A DNA stretch of 62,449 bases from a virus (IMGVR_UViG_3300034166_000053:1-62449), one strand, 5' to 3'; shown: positions 36,268 through 46,261, counted from the stretch's first letter. Program-made: numbers and translations. The notes: generated by a model from the letters alone, not told the origin.

Positions 36268-36380
36268 GAACTAATCAGCGCGTGTTCTTTTTGATCCCGA
36301 CCGCAGCAATTGGTTGGGATGTTGATGACTCATGGTTCTTTGAAGTGGCTTGGCTTAACTTTGCTTTGGGGGTTGCATGA
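36258..36380 (+). CDS. 40-aa hydrophobic peptide (absent from ORF track)
   Basis: MYLRTNQRVFFLIPTAAIGWDVDDSWFFEVAWLNFALGVA; fills the gap. Confidence 0.5.
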   Translation: MYLRTNQRVFFLIPTAAIGWDVDDSWFFEVAWLNFALGVA

Positions 36381-36565
36381 AAGAAGACATCATCAAGATG
36401 GCGCGGGAGGCTGGGTTCGCTGACGGCGTAGCAGAGATCGTAGGGCTTGAGGGTTTTGCCCGTTTCGCCGCCCTTGTCGCCAACCGATGCGCTGAGATCG
36501 CATACGAAGCCGAGCCGTTCCATTCTGCGGATTTGATCCGCAAAGCATTCGGGGTAAAAGAATGA
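36377..36565 (+). CDS. Small hypothetical protein
   Basis: DIIKMAREAG...RFAALVA. Confidence 0.65.
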   Translation: MKEDIIKMAREAGFADGVAEIVGLEGFARFAALVANRCAEIAYEAEPFHSADLIRKAFGVKE

Positions 36566-38433
36566 GACTGATAACTCTTGACTTTGAGACGTTCTACGAC
36601 AACAAGATCAAGCTGGGCTTCAAGCACCAGACGACCGAAGAGTACGTGCGTGACTCAAAGTTTGAAGTCATAGGCGTCGTTGTTAAGGTTGACGACGGCG
36701 AATGTACTTGGGTCTCAGGCACACACGATGAAATCAAAAAGTTTTTGCTGTCGCTTGAGCTAGATAGGGCGGCCGTACTTTGTCACAACACGCTGTTCGA
36801 CGGTTGCATTCTTAGCTGGCACTACGGCATCAAGCCCGCATTCTTTCTCGACACGTTAAGCATGGCGCGGGCGCTCCACGGCGTGGATGCTGGTGGTTCG
36901 CTGGCTAAGTTGGCAGAGCGGTACAAGCTGGGCGTCAAAGGCGATGAGGTGGTAGCTGCCGAAGGCAAGCGGCGCGAAGACTTCAGTCCCGAAGAACTGC
37001 GGCGCTATGGTGAATACTGCAAGAACGATGTGGACCTGACGTTTAGGCTCTTCCAAATTCTCGCGAGCGCGACCCCGGACGACGAGTTTGAACTGATCGA
37101 CATGACGCTGCGCATGTTCACTGAGCCGGTCTTTGAAGTTGATGATGCGCTCCTACAAAATCGCCTTGCTGAAGTGCAACAGGAAAAGAGCGACCTGCTC
37201 AGGGGCCTGATGGAAAAACTTGGATGCCCCACAGAAGAAGCTGTGCGCAAGAAGCTGGCAAGCAACAAACAGTTCGCCATGCTGCTTGAAGAAAACAACG
37301 TCACGCCGCCGATGAAGGTAAGCAAGACCACGGGCAAGGACACGTTTGCACTGGCAAAGAACGATGAGGGGTTCTTGGCGCTGACGGAACACGAGGACCC
37401 GTTCATACAGCAACTGTGCGCGATACGTCTGGGCACGAAGTCCACGATTGAAGAGTCTCGCATCAAACGGTTCATCGACGTTGGCAAACGCAACGAGGGC
37501 AAGCTGCCCATCCCCTTGAAGTACTACGGCGCTCACACCGGACGCTGGGCTGGCATGGACAAGGTGAACTTCCAGAACCTGCCGAGCCGCGACAAGAAAA
37601 AGAAGGCGCTCAAGAACGCAGTGTTAGCACCGGACGGGCACATCGTCATCAACTGCGACTCCTCCCAAATCGAGGCGCGTATCCTTGTCTGGCTGGCGGG
37701 ACAGCATGATGTGGTTGAGCAGTTCCGCAAGGGTGAGGACGTGTACTCCATCTTTGCCACGGACATCTACAACCGCCCCATCTCTAAGGCCAACCCTGTG
37801 GAACGCTTCGTGGGCAAGACCTGCATCTTGGGTCTGGGCTACGGGACTGGGGCGTTAAAACTTCAGCACACGCTCAAGACTACGCCGCCGGGCGCCATCG
37901 TCGATGAGGAAGAGGCCAAGCGCATCGTGGGCGTGTACCGGGACAAGAACCATGCGGTGATCGACCTGTGGCGCGAGGGCGATGAGGTCATCAGGACTAT
38001 GGCTGATTGGGGCAACACCAAGCCCTTCTACTACGGGCTGAACAAGTGCCTAGTGGTGGACAAGGAAGGCATCCGTCTTCCTAATGGGCTGTACATCCGA
38101 TACCCCGGCTTGAGGCTTGACACATCGGAAGCCAAGAGCAAGTACGTGTACTCCAGCCGCAAAGGTCCCGTGCCACTGTGGGGTGGATCGCTGGTTGAGA
38201 ACGTGGTGCAAGGCTTGGCGCGGGTCGTCGTTGGGCAGCAGATGCTCCAGATCAAGAAGCGGTATCCGGTCAAGCTGACCGTCCATGACGCCGCCGTCAT
38301 CGTGGCTCCAGAGGCGCAAAAGGACGAGGCGCTTGAGTACATCATCGAGTGCATGTCCGAGCCACCCGAGTGGGCCAAGGGTTTACCCGTAGCCTGCGAA
38401 GCAAAGTTTGCATCCTCCTACGGAGAGTGCTGA
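36562..38433 (+). CDS. polA: Family A DNA polymerase with 3'-5' exonuclease
   Basis: ExoI LDFET, HNTLFD, YCKND; TGRW, NFQNLP, motif A DSSQIEAR, motif B RFVGKTCILGLGYG, motif C VHD. Confidence 0.95.
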   Translation: MRLITLDFETFYDNKIKLGFKHQTTEEYVRDSKFEVIGVVVKVDDGECTWVSGTHDEIKKFLLSLELDRAAVLCHNTLFDGCILSWHYGIKPAFFLDTLSMARALHGVDAGGSLAKLAERYKLGVKGDEVVAAEGKRREDFSPEELRRYGEYCKNDVDLTFRLFQILASATPDDEFELIDMTLRMFTEPVFEVDDALLQNRLAEVQQEKSDLLRGLMEKLGCPTEEAVRKKLASNKQFAMLLEENNVTPPMKVSKTTGKDTFALAKNDEGFLALTEHEDPFIQQLCAIRLGTKSTIEESRIKRFIDVGKRNEGKLPIPLKYYGAHTGRWAGMDKVNFQNLPSRDKKKKALKNAVLAPDGHIVINCDSSQIEARILVWLAGQHDVVEQFRKGEDVYSIFATDIYNRPISKANPVERFVGKTCILGLGYGTGALKLQHTLKTTPPGAIVDEEEAKRIVGVYRDKNHAVIDLWREGDEVIRTMADWGNTKPFYYGLNKCLVVDKEGIRLPNGLYIRYPGLRLDTSEAKSKYVYSSRKGPVPLWGGSLVENVVQGLARVVVGQQMLQIKKRYPVKLTVHDAAVIVAPEAQKDEALEYIIECMSEPPEWAKGLPVACEAKFASSYGEC

Positions 38434-38458
38434 GATTAGTCAAATTGGGATTGACAAT

Positions 38459-38671
38459 ATGCCATTCAAACAAGTAATATTTGGCTGGATCAAAGAGCTT
38501 TTGTCCAAGCCGGACCTGTTGTACCTCATGGAAAAAGAACTGCAAGAAGCAGCAAGGGATTTGTTGCGGGCAGAGTCCACACTAGAGTACGCCCGCTGCA
38601 TGGTCGAGTACAACACTGCCCGCGTTGAGCGACTGAAGAGCCACATCAAACTGTATGAAGGCACACAATGA
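38459..38671 (+). CDS. Small coiled-coil protein
   Basis: ELQEAARDLLRAES..EYA. Confidence 0.55.
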   Translation: MPFKQVIFGWIKELLSKPDLLYLMEKELQEAARDLLRAESTLEYARCMVEYNTARVERLKSHIKLYEGTQ

Positions 38672-39327
38672 ACAACACTTGGTCGTACTCATCCCTGAAG
38701 GAATACATCAACTGCCCACGGCAGTACCACGAGGTCAAGGTTCTCAAGAACTTCACCAAGCGGGTGACTCAGGAGATGACGTTCGGCACTGAGGTTCATA
38801 AGTATTGCGAGGACTACGTTGGCGAGGGTAAACCCTTACCCAAGAACTACGAACACTTCAAGCCCGTGCTGGATGAACTTCTGGCAATCCCCGGCACTCG
38901 ATACCCCGAGTACAAGATGGCTCTTGATGCCGAAGGAAAGCCATGCAGCTTTGGTGCGTCAGACCGCTGGGTGCGCGGGATAGTTGATTTGTTGATTGTC
39001 GATAATGATCAAGGGTACATCGTGGACTACAAGACCGGTAGCAGCAAGTACCCTGACCCAAAACAATTAAAACTGATGGCGTTGATGGCGTTTGCCCACT
39101 TCCCGCAGTTGCAGAAGATCAAGGCCGGGCTGCTATTCATCGTGCATAACAGTTTTGTCGATGAGTCGTACACCCGAGATCAGATTGATGAGCTTTGGGA
39201 TCAATTTCACCCTGACCTTATCAGGCTCGATGCGTCACACGTATCGGGCGTTTGGAATCCGAATCCGACACCGCTTTGCGGCTGGTGTCCTGTCAAAACA
39301 TGCGAGTACTACAAGGAAAGACGATGA
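38668..39327 (+). CDS. Cas4/RecB-like PD-(D/E)xK exonuclease
   Basis: WSYSSL...CPRQY, GIVDL, DYKTG, QL, C-terminal CGWCPVKTC. Confidence 0.9.
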   Translation: MNNTWSYSSLKEYINCPRQYHEVKVLKNFTKRVTQEMTFGTEVHKYCEDYVGEGKPLPKNYEHFKPVLDELLAIPGTRYPEYKMALDAEGKPCSFGASDRWVRGIVDLLIVDNDQGYIVDYKTGSSKYPDPKQLKLMALMAFAHFPQLQKIKAGLLFIVHNSFVDESYTRDQIDELWDQFHPDLIRLDASHVSGVWNPNPTPLCGWCPVKTCEYYKERR

Positions 39328-39536
39328 GCACAGAGGTTGTGATTGATTACGCCTATCCCATGATGATGGCTGAAAAAGCACTGAAGGACGCGCATAATTG
39401 CTTGTTGCGCAAGGATTTTGACGAAGCCATTGAGCAGTTGCTTGTGGCTGCGACAGAGACTAGGATGACTATCACTTCTGTCAAACACATGAAGGAGCAG
39501 CACGATGCCCTACGTAAACAAACCCAGACCGTATGA
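39324..39536 (+). CDS. Hypothetical protein
   Basis: ATGA coupling; IDYAYPMMMAEKALK. Confidence 0.6.
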   Translation: MSTEVVIDYAYPMMMAEKALKDAHNCLLRKDFDEAIEQLLVAATETRMTITSVKHMKEQHDALRKQTQTV

Positions 39537-39816
39537 GAAGGAATACCAGCAGCAGTTGTCCCGCAAGGAGCATGAACGCCGCATGGAGCGCCAACGCGCC
39601 CGCAGGTCGATTGACAAGACCGGTACTGATGCCAACGGCAACGGCAAGGCAGATCGACGCGAAGGCAAGGATGTCGCACACGTCAAGGCGCTGGACAAGG
39701 GCGGCTTGAACAAGGATGGTCTGCGCATCGTGTCGCCATCCAAGAACCGCTCGTTCAAACGCGACTCGAAAAGCAACCTCGTGTCTGAGACAAGCAAACG
39801 AGAACGCAAGAAGTAA
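39505..39816 (+). CDS. HNH-like basic protein
   Basis: GKDVAHVKALDKGG.N...LRIVSPSKNRS. Confidence 0.7.
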   Translation: MPYVNKPRPYEKEYQQQLSRKEHERRMERQRARRSIDKTGTDANGNGKADRREGKDVAHVKALDKGGLNKDGLRIVSPSKNRSFKRDSKSNLVSETSKRERKK

Positions 39817-39823
39817 TTGTTTT

Positions 39824-39957
39824 TGCCGTAAGGCACGAGTGGGCAAGACCGGGACATTTGCAGGAGCCACCCGGATTAACCGTGTCAGTCAAGCGGCGCT
39901 ATGCAATTCCTCCTTTCTGGCGTGACAGGCTTGACCGACTGACCCCCGTAAGGGGTC
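39824..39957 (+). ncRNA. Candidate structured RNA leader of the helicase operon
   Basis: Two GTAA (GNRA) hairpins bracket several complementary segments. Confidence 0.45.
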
Positions 39958-39986
39958 TTCGTTAAAACACAGTGAAGGACAGTTCG

Positions 39987-41543
39987 ATGAACGTAGTAGA
40001 GGACACAGTTGTCCACATGCAAGTGCCATCCACCGACCTGAAGTTTCTTGTCGGACACATTGATCGGGTCGAGGTCATCAAGGATGACGGCAACATGGCA
40101 GATGTCGTCGTGTACTGGGGCCTACAAGAGATGCAACGTCTCGTGCGTCTTTACGGTGACGCACCAAGCCCGATGGACAAAGAGTACGAGTGGCCCGGCC
40201 TGTACGCGCCATTTGCCCACCAAAGGATCACCGCTTCATACTTGGCGCTGCGCAACCGTGCGTTCTGTTTCAACGAGGCAGGCACAGGCAAGACATCGTC
40301 TGTCATCTGGGCGGCAGACTATCTGATGAACCAAGGGCTGGTCAAGCGGGTGCTGGTCATCTGCCCGCTGTCGATCATGTACTCCGCATGGCAGGCCGAC
40401 ATCTTCAAAACAGCCATGCACCGCACAGTTGGCGTGGCGCACGGCGAGACAAGCAAGCGCATCAAGATCATCAAGGGTGGCTACGAGTTCGTCATCATCA
40501 ACTTCGACGGGGTGGGGACTGTAGCCGATGAGATAGGTAAAGCAGGGTTTGACCTAATTGTGGTTGACGAGGCCAATGCATATAAAACGGTTTCGACGAA
40601 ACGCTGGAAGACCTTGGCAAAACTTATCACCCCCTCGACCCGTATTTGGATGCTCACGGGTACGCCCGCATCGCAGTCTCCGCTGGACGCCTATGGCCTT
40701 GCCAAGCTGGTCAACCCCGAGGGTGTGCCCAAGTTCTTCGGTGCGTGGCGCGACAAGGTTATGCACTCCATCTCGCGCTTTCAGTGGGCACCGCGCAAGA
40801 CCGCCAAGTCCACCGTGTTTGAGGCGCTCCAGCCAGCGATTCGCTTTGAGAAGGCCGACTGCCTAGACCTGCCTGAAGTGGTGTATCAGACCCGCGAAGT
40901 GCCGCTGTCTGCACAGGTGGAGAAGTACTACAAGCTGCTCAAGAAGGAGATGCTCATCAGCGCAGCCGGGGAAGAGATCAGTGCGGTCAACGCCGCTGCC
41001 ATGATGTCCAAGTTGTTGCAGTTGTCAGGTGGAGCAATCTATACCGACACCAAAGAGGTGGTGGAGTTCGACGCATCGCCACGGTTCAACGCGCTCATGG
41101 AAGTGCTGGACGAGACAGAACACAAGGTCATCGTCTTCGTGCCCTACACCCACACGATTGAGATCGTGTCCAAGTTTCTCACCGCACAAGGAGTCACCAA
41201 TGAAGTAATCAACGGAGCAGTCTCAGCATCAGCGCGTTCGGACATCATCAACAGGTTCCAGACGCAAGACAGTCCAAGAGTTTTAATCATCCAGCCGCAA
41301 GCTGCATCGCACGGCGTGACGTTGACCGCTGCAAACACCGTTGTGTTCTGGTCGCCGGTCATGTCTGTAGAGACTTATCTGCAATGCATCGCACGTATTG
41401 ATCGCGTCGGGCAGAAGAACAGCATGACCGTTGTGCATCTGCAAGGGTCAGAGGCCGAGCGAAAAATCTACCAGATGCTTCAGAACAAGGTCGATATGCA
41501 CGAGAGTCTGGTCGATCTGTACAAGCAGGAGTTAGGAATATGA
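39987..41543 (+). CDS. SNF2-family SF2 helicase
   Basis: EAGTGKT, DEAN, LTGTP, HGVTLTAA, QCIARIDRVGQ. Confidence 0.92.
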   Translation: MNVVEDTVVHMQVPSTDLKFLVGHIDRVEVIKDDGNMADVVVYWGLQEMQRLVRLYGDAPSPMDKEYEWPGLYAPFAHQRITASYLALRNRAFCFNEAGTGKTSSVIWAADYLMNQGLVKRVLVICPLSIMYSAWQADIFKTAMHRTVGVAHGETSKRIKIIKGGYEFVIINFDGVGTVADEIGKAGFDLIVVDEANAYKTVSTKRWKTLAKLITPSTRIWMLTGTPASQSPLDAYGLAKLVNPEGVPKFFGAWRDKVMHSISRFQWAPRKTAKSTVFEALQPAIRFEKADCLDLPEVVYQTREVPLSAQVEKYYKLLKKEMLISAAGEEISAVNAAAMMSKLLQLSGGAIYTDTKEVVEFDASPRFNALMEVLDETEHKVIVFVPYTHTIEIVSKFLTAQGVTNEVINGAVSASARSDIINRFQTQDSPRVLIIQPQAASHGVTLTAANTVVFWSPVMSVETYLQCIARIDRVGQKNSMTVVHLQGSEAERKIYQMLQNKVDMHESLVDLYKQELGI

Positions 41544-41956
41544 GTGACACCACAGTTGAAACAGTGAATCTTGAAGAATTGGTCAAGACATACTTGACAA
41601 TCAGGAACGAACGAGAGAAGATAGAGGCCGAATGGAAGGTCATCGACAAAGAGCTTCAGACCGACATGCAAGCACTAGAGAGCCAGATGCTCGTCGCATG
41701 CAATGACAACAACGCCAGCAGCATCAGGACAGCAAGCGGCACAGTCATGCGGCGGCTCAATGAGCGATACACAGTTGCTGACGGTGATGCCTTTCGTCGG
41801 TTCGTCATGGAAAACGGAGTACCGGAGTTGTTTGAGCAGCGCATCGCTCAGACCAACTTCAAAGAATTCATCGCTGAGAGGAAAGACGATGGTCTGCCGC
41901 CCGGTGTGAATGTGATGAGGGAATTCAGCATCGTTGTGCGCAAGCCCTCCAATTAA
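41540..41956 (+). CDS. Replication-module protein
   Basis: Coiled coil then SIRTASGT...LPPGVNV; between helicase and SSB. Confidence 0.65.
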   Translation: MSDTTVETVNLEELVKTYLTIRNEREKIEAEWKVIDKELQTDMQALESQMLVACNDNNASSIRTASGTVMRRLNERYTVADGDAFRRFVMENGVPELFEQRIAQTNFKEFIAERKDDGLPPGVNVMREFSIVVRKPSN

Positions 41957-41984
41957 GTAAGTTCAGTCAACCAAGGAAATTTAA

Positions 41985-42842
41985 ATGAGCAATGATCTCG
42001 CAACCCTGTTCAGCGGCGCAGTTATGGCCCCCATCGAAGGGCTTGATGAAGACACCCTTGCAGTCGCAGGTGGTGCGCGTCAAAACAAACGCATCTCTAT
42101 CAAAGGCGGTGTGTTCCGCAAGTACGCTGGCGGGAAAGAAATTGGTGCCATCGAAGACCGGCACATGAACGTCATCTTCGTGAAGATGGCACACAAGGCA
42201 TCCCGTATGTACTACGAGGGCGCGTACCAAGAAGGCCAGAAGGTCAGCCCTGTGTGCTGGTCAACCGACTCTGAAAGGCCCGATGCCGATGTGAAGTCGC
42301 CCTGCGCTGCTTCGTGCGGTGACTGCCCCAAGTCTGTCAAAGGCTCTGGCGCTCAAGGCACGGGCACTGCATGCCGTCTGTCGTGGCGCACTGCGGTGGT
42401 TCTCCCTAACGACCCCGCTGGTGACGTGATGCAGTTGGTGCTGCCTGCAACTTCTTCCTTCGGCAAAGAAGACAACGGTCGTTGGCCCTTCCGTCCGTAC
42501 ATCCAGCATCTGGCGTCCCACAACGTCTCTGCTGGGCGCGTTATCACTCGCATGGCGTTTGACACCAAGTCTCCAACACCCAAGGTGTTGTTCAGCCCTG
42601 CGGGCAAGGTGGCAGATGAAGACCTGCCGATCATCGCTCAACAGGCCAAGAGCGCAGCGGCTGAGAGCGCGATCAAGATGAACGTGTATCAGGCTGATAA
42701 CAGCGAAGCAGAAGTTGCACCGCAGCAAAACGCACGGGAAGAAGTCGGTGACATGCCTGAGCCGATCAAGCGTGAATCCACCAAAGCCGCAGCGGACGAG
42801 AAGAACATCTCTGACGTGGTCAAGAAGTGGTCTAAGAAGTAA
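41985..42842 (+). CDS. Putative ssDNA-binding or annealing protein
   Basis: RISIKGGVF, SRMYYEG.Y, PVCWS, CxxC...C, flexible acidic tail. Confidence 0.65.
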   Translation: MSNDLATLFSGAVMAPIEGLDEDTLAVAGGARQNKRISIKGGVFRKYAGGKEIGAIEDRHMNVIFVKMAHKASRMYYEGAYQEGQKVSPVCWSTDSERPDADVKSPCAASCGDCPKSVKGSGAQGTGTACRLSWRTAVVLPNDPAGDVMQLVLPATSSFGKEDNGRWPFRPYIQHLASHNVSAGRVITRMAFDTKSPTPKVLFSPAGKVADEDLPIIAQQAKSAAAESAIKMNVYQADNSEAEVAPQQNAREEVGDMPEPIKRESTKAAADEKNISDVVKKWSKK

Positions 42843-42851
42843 GGATAGGGA

Positions 42852-43163
42852 ATGTCACGACCATACAGCGAAGCCTTTTTGATTGAGTTGCACAAAGCCA
42901 ATCCCAACAAGGCTGGCATTGCGCTGGCGCTTGCTTGCGTGAAAGCAAACCTTCCGGCAAAGTACGTGGCCGAAGCGCTTGAGGTGACTCGGATGACCGT
43001 CTTCAGTTGGTTTCGTGGCAAACCCATCCGTCACAATAACCTGCTGAAGATCGAAACCTTCACTGATCTGGTGGAAAGCGACACCGCAAAAGGCATCTTG
43101 CCAGCCAAGAACACTGCGGCAGCAAGAGCCTACATAGAGGAGATGATCGGACGCAAAATTTAA
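42852..43163 (+). CDS. HTH DNA-binding protein
   Basis: YVAEALEVTRMTVFSWFRG. Confidence 0.75.
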   Translation: MSRPYSEAFLIELHKANPNKAGIALALACVKANLPAKYVAEALEVTRMTVFSWFRGKPIRHNNLLKIETFTDLVESDTAKGILPAKNTAAARAYIEEMIGRKI

Positions 43164-43194
43164 CCGGGCCAGCGGAGGCTGGTCCCCCTTTTCT

Positions 43195-43218
43195 GAGCGG
43201 GCATCGTCCCGCTCTTTT
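43195..43218 (+). terminator. Terminator-like hairpin upstream of the primase gene
   Basis: GAGCGGG-CATCGT-CCCGCTC-TTTT, preceded by a second hairpin at about 43167-43184. Confidence 0.55.
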
Positions 43219-43233
43219 CAACTCTGACGAGAC

Positions 43234-46077
43234 ATGTTAAAACAATTCTACGAGAAAGCATTACCAAGTCAGGGTGTCTATTGTGTCGGTGAACTTGATC
43301 GAACCAAGCCAAAAGGCGAAGACTGGAGAAATCATTTCGCCCGCACACTTGACGAGGTGTTCGACAAAGTCGATGCCGTCAAAGCAAGACACCATGATGT
43401 GTACGTTGCGATGGGGACATTTAACGGCTTCAGCCGTCAAGCAAAAGAGTGTGTCTATTTCAGTTCGCTGTTCATAGATTTGGACGTAGGAGAGGGCAAG
43501 CCTTACGCCACCAAAGAGCATGCACTCAGCGCGCTGGACAAGTTCGTAACTGAGCAAGAGCTTCCACCACCCAACCGTGTTGACTCCGGTAACGGCATCC
43601 ATGCGTACTGGCTGTTTGGCGAAGACATATCAGCCAAAGAGTTTCTGCCGTATGCCAAGCTGTGGAAGAAGCTGTGCCTGAAAAACTTCACGATTGACCC
43701 GCTGGCTACCCCGGCCAACCTAGCGCAAGTCATGCGCTGGGCAGATTCAAAGAACTACAGATACGAGCCGTCCTCGGACACCAAGTTCTTGGATGACGAG
43801 GTGTATGAGTACGACTTCGGCATGTTCAAAGAGTTCCTTGGGGAACCTGAAGGCGAAGTAGAGGACGTGCTGTCCAGCGTTACGAAGGGCTTGGACGATG
43901 ACACCAAGGCGATGCTCAAGCTGGACAACTTCGCCAAGACATTCGATGTGCTGGCCCAGAAAAGTTTGGACGGGACGGGCTGCAACCAGATCGCCAACAT
44001 CTTGGTCAATGCGGCAACACTTGAGGAACCCCTGTGGTGGGCGGGGCTGTCGATAGCAAAGTTCTGTGACGATGGAGCCACCGCCATCCACAAGATGTCT
44101 GAAGACCACCCCGAGTACAACCATGACGACACAGAAGAAAAAGCAAGTCGCTTTCCTGCTCCGAGGACATGCGAGTGGTTCCTCAGCAACTACCCCAGCC
44201 ACTGTGAGGGATGCCAACACAAGGGAAAGATCACAACCCCCATCGTCCTTGCCAAAGAGTTCAAGCCAGCCGCCTCGACAAATAAAGAGGAATCAATTCG
44301 GGCGCAGGAGGGTTCCCAAGCTATTCCTGATTTCCCGGAGTTTCTTTTCCCCTTCATGAGAGGGCAGAAAGGCGGCATCTACTACCAGCCCCCGACCAAG
44401 TACAACAAGCAAGGCGAGAAGATCGAGCAAGACCCCATCCTTGTGCTGCCGCATGAGTTCTTTCCGGTGCGCAGGATGTTCAGCAAACATGATGGCGAGT
44501 GCCTGCTGATGCGCTTGCAACTGCCGCGAGACCCCGTCCGGGACATCCTCGTTCCCATGAAACACGTGTACGCTCTGGACAGCTTCAAGGCCCTCATGTC
44601 GTCCAATGGCGTATTCGCCTCAGCAGAAAAACTGCCACACCTTATGAACTATGTGATCAAGTGGGGTCAGTACATGCAACTGACCGACAAGGCCGAGATT
44701 ATGCGGATGCAGATGGGTTGGACCGAGGACATCACCGACCCGGAGTGGGACAAGCGCAGCTTCGTGATTGGCAAGAAAGAAGTGCTGCACACAGGAGAGA
44801 TAGTTGATGCACCGGCGTCACCCTTTGTGCGTGGCATCGCCAAGTTCCTCGTCCCCAACGGCACGTACGAAAGATGGCGTGAGTCAGCAGACTACTTGGA
44901 CAAGCCGGGCTTTGAACTCCATGCGTTCGCCATGCTGTGCGGTATGGCCTCTCCGTACATGACCTATACGTCAACTTCCGGGGTCACAGTTTGCTTGCTT
45001 GGCAAGTCAGGCACAGCCAAGACCGGAGCAATGTACGCAGGTTTGAGCGTCTGGGGGCATCCGAAAGACCTGAGCATCCTTGAGTCCACGGACAACGGCA
45101 TGGTGGGTCGCTTCCTCGGGCTGCACAACATCCCGCTGGGCGTCGATGAAATATCGAACAAGGACCCGAAGATTCTGGCCCAACTGATCCACAAAATCTC
45201 CACCGGCAAAGCCAAGATCAAGATGCAAGCATCAGTCAACGCTGAGCGCGAATACGAGATGAGCGCATCCTTGATCGCACTGATGACCACCAACCAGTCC
45301 GCATACGGGAAGCTGGAGATTGTCAAGGCCAACCCAGACGGAGAGGCAGCGCGTTTGATCGAGATGTTGGTCAAGCGCCCCGCGCTGTTGGAGGGAGATG
45401 GCGGCACCGGCCTTGGACGGCACATCTTCGACGCCTTCCGTTTGAACTTCGGACATGCTGGTCCGCGCTTGATTCAGGCAGGGCTGCGCCTTGGTGACAA
45501 CTACATCAGAGAGCGCATCCAGTACTGGGACGAACACTTCGTCAAGGGCTTTGGGGAAGACGTGACCTACCGCTTCTATCAGAACCTGATGAGCGTGGTC
45601 GGCATGGTCGGTGAGATGGCGCACAACGAGAACATCATCAATCTGGATGTGAACCGGGTGTTCAACGAAGCGATGCTGGAGATGATTACCATCCGCGACA
45701 AAGTGGTCAAGGTCAACCGCACCGACTATCCGTCTGTCTTGGGCGACTACGTCAACAAGAACTTGGGCAACATCTTGGTCATCAAGGACAACAAGGTGGC
45801 TATGGAGCCGCGCGGCCAGATCGTAGGGCGCATCGTCAGTGACGAGAACCTCATGCAAATCTCCAAGACCGACTTCAAGAAGTACCTTGCAGAGCGGCAG
45901 ATCAGTTCTCGTGAGTTTGAGTTTGAAATGCGGGAGAAGAACCTGCTGATCGACGACAAGAAGGGTCGTCTGACCACCGGATGGAAGTCAGCCGTACACG
46001 TAGACCCAGCGTATTTGTACTGGTTCAGAACCGAGTTGCCAGATGATTTCTTTGCTAACACCGACTCAAATAACTGA
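43234..46077 (+). CDS. Primase-helicase (AEP/RepB-like primase, Cys-rich domain, DUF927-type helicase)
   Basis: FIDLD, DSGNGIHAYW, PRTC...CEGC, QMGW, Walker A GKSGTAKT, VDE. Confidence 0.88.
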   Translation: MLKQFYEKALPSQGVYCVGELDRTKPKGEDWRNHFARTLDEVFDKVDAVKARHHDVYVAMGTFNGFSRQAKECVYFSSLFIDLDVGEGKPYATKEHALSALDKFVTEQELPPPNRVDSGNGIHAYWLFGEDISAKEFLPYAKLWKKLCLKNFTIDPLATPANLAQVMRWADSKNYRYEPSSDTKFLDDEVYEYDFGMFKEFLGEPEGEVEDVLSSVTKGLDDDTKAMLKLDNFAKTFDVLAQKSLDGTGCNQIANILVNAATLEEPLWWAGLSIAKFCDDGATAIHKMSEDHPEYNHDDTEEKASRFPAPRTCEWFLSNYPSHCEGCQHKGKITTPIVLAKEFKPAASTNKEESIRAQEGSQAIPDFPEFLFPFMRGQKGGIYYQPPTKYNKQGEKIEQDPILVLPHEFFPVRRMFSKHDGECLLMRLQLPRDPVRDILVPMKHVYALDSFKALMSSNGVFASAEKLPHLMNYVIKWGQYMQLTDKAEIMRMQMGWTEDITDPEWDKRSFVIGKKEVLHTGEIVDAPASPFVRGIAKFLVPNGTYERWRESADYLDKPGFELHAFAMLCGMASPYMTYTSTSGVTVCLLGKSGTAKTGAMYAGLSVWGHPKDLSILESTDNGMVGRFLGLHNIPLGVDEISNKDPKILAQLIHKISTGKAKIKMQASVNAEREYEMSASLIALMTTNQSAYGKLEIVKANPDGEAARLIEMLVKRPALLEGDGGTGLGRHIFDAFRLNFGHAGPRLIQAGLRLGDNYIRERIQYWDEHFVKGFGEDVTYRFYQNLMSVVGMVGEMAHNENIINLDVNRVFNEAMLEMITIRDKVVKVNRTDYPSVLGDYVNKNLGNILVIKDNKVAMEPRGQIVGRIVSDENLMQISKTDFKKYLAERQISSREFEFEMREKNLLIDDKKGRLTTGWKSAVHVDPAYLYWFRTELPDDFFANTDSNN

Positions 46078-46261
46078 ACCGGAGTGGGTCTTCCCGTTCA
46101 CAGGCATGGAGGTGGGGGACAGCTTTTTCGTCCCCACACTGCGCCTAGCCGAGATGATCTACGCCATCGACAGTGGAGCCAAACGCGCCAAGATCAAAGT
46201 CAAGTGCTACATCACAACGAAGGATGACCACATTGGCGTAAGAGCTTGGCGTACCGCTTAA
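46043..46261 (+). CDS. Small hypothetical protein
   Basis: FPFTGMEVGDSFFVP...GVRAWR. Confidence 0.65.
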   Translation: MISLLTPTQITEPEWVFPFTGMEVGDSFFVPTLRLAEMIYAIDSGAKRAKIKVKCYITTKDDHIGVRAWRTA

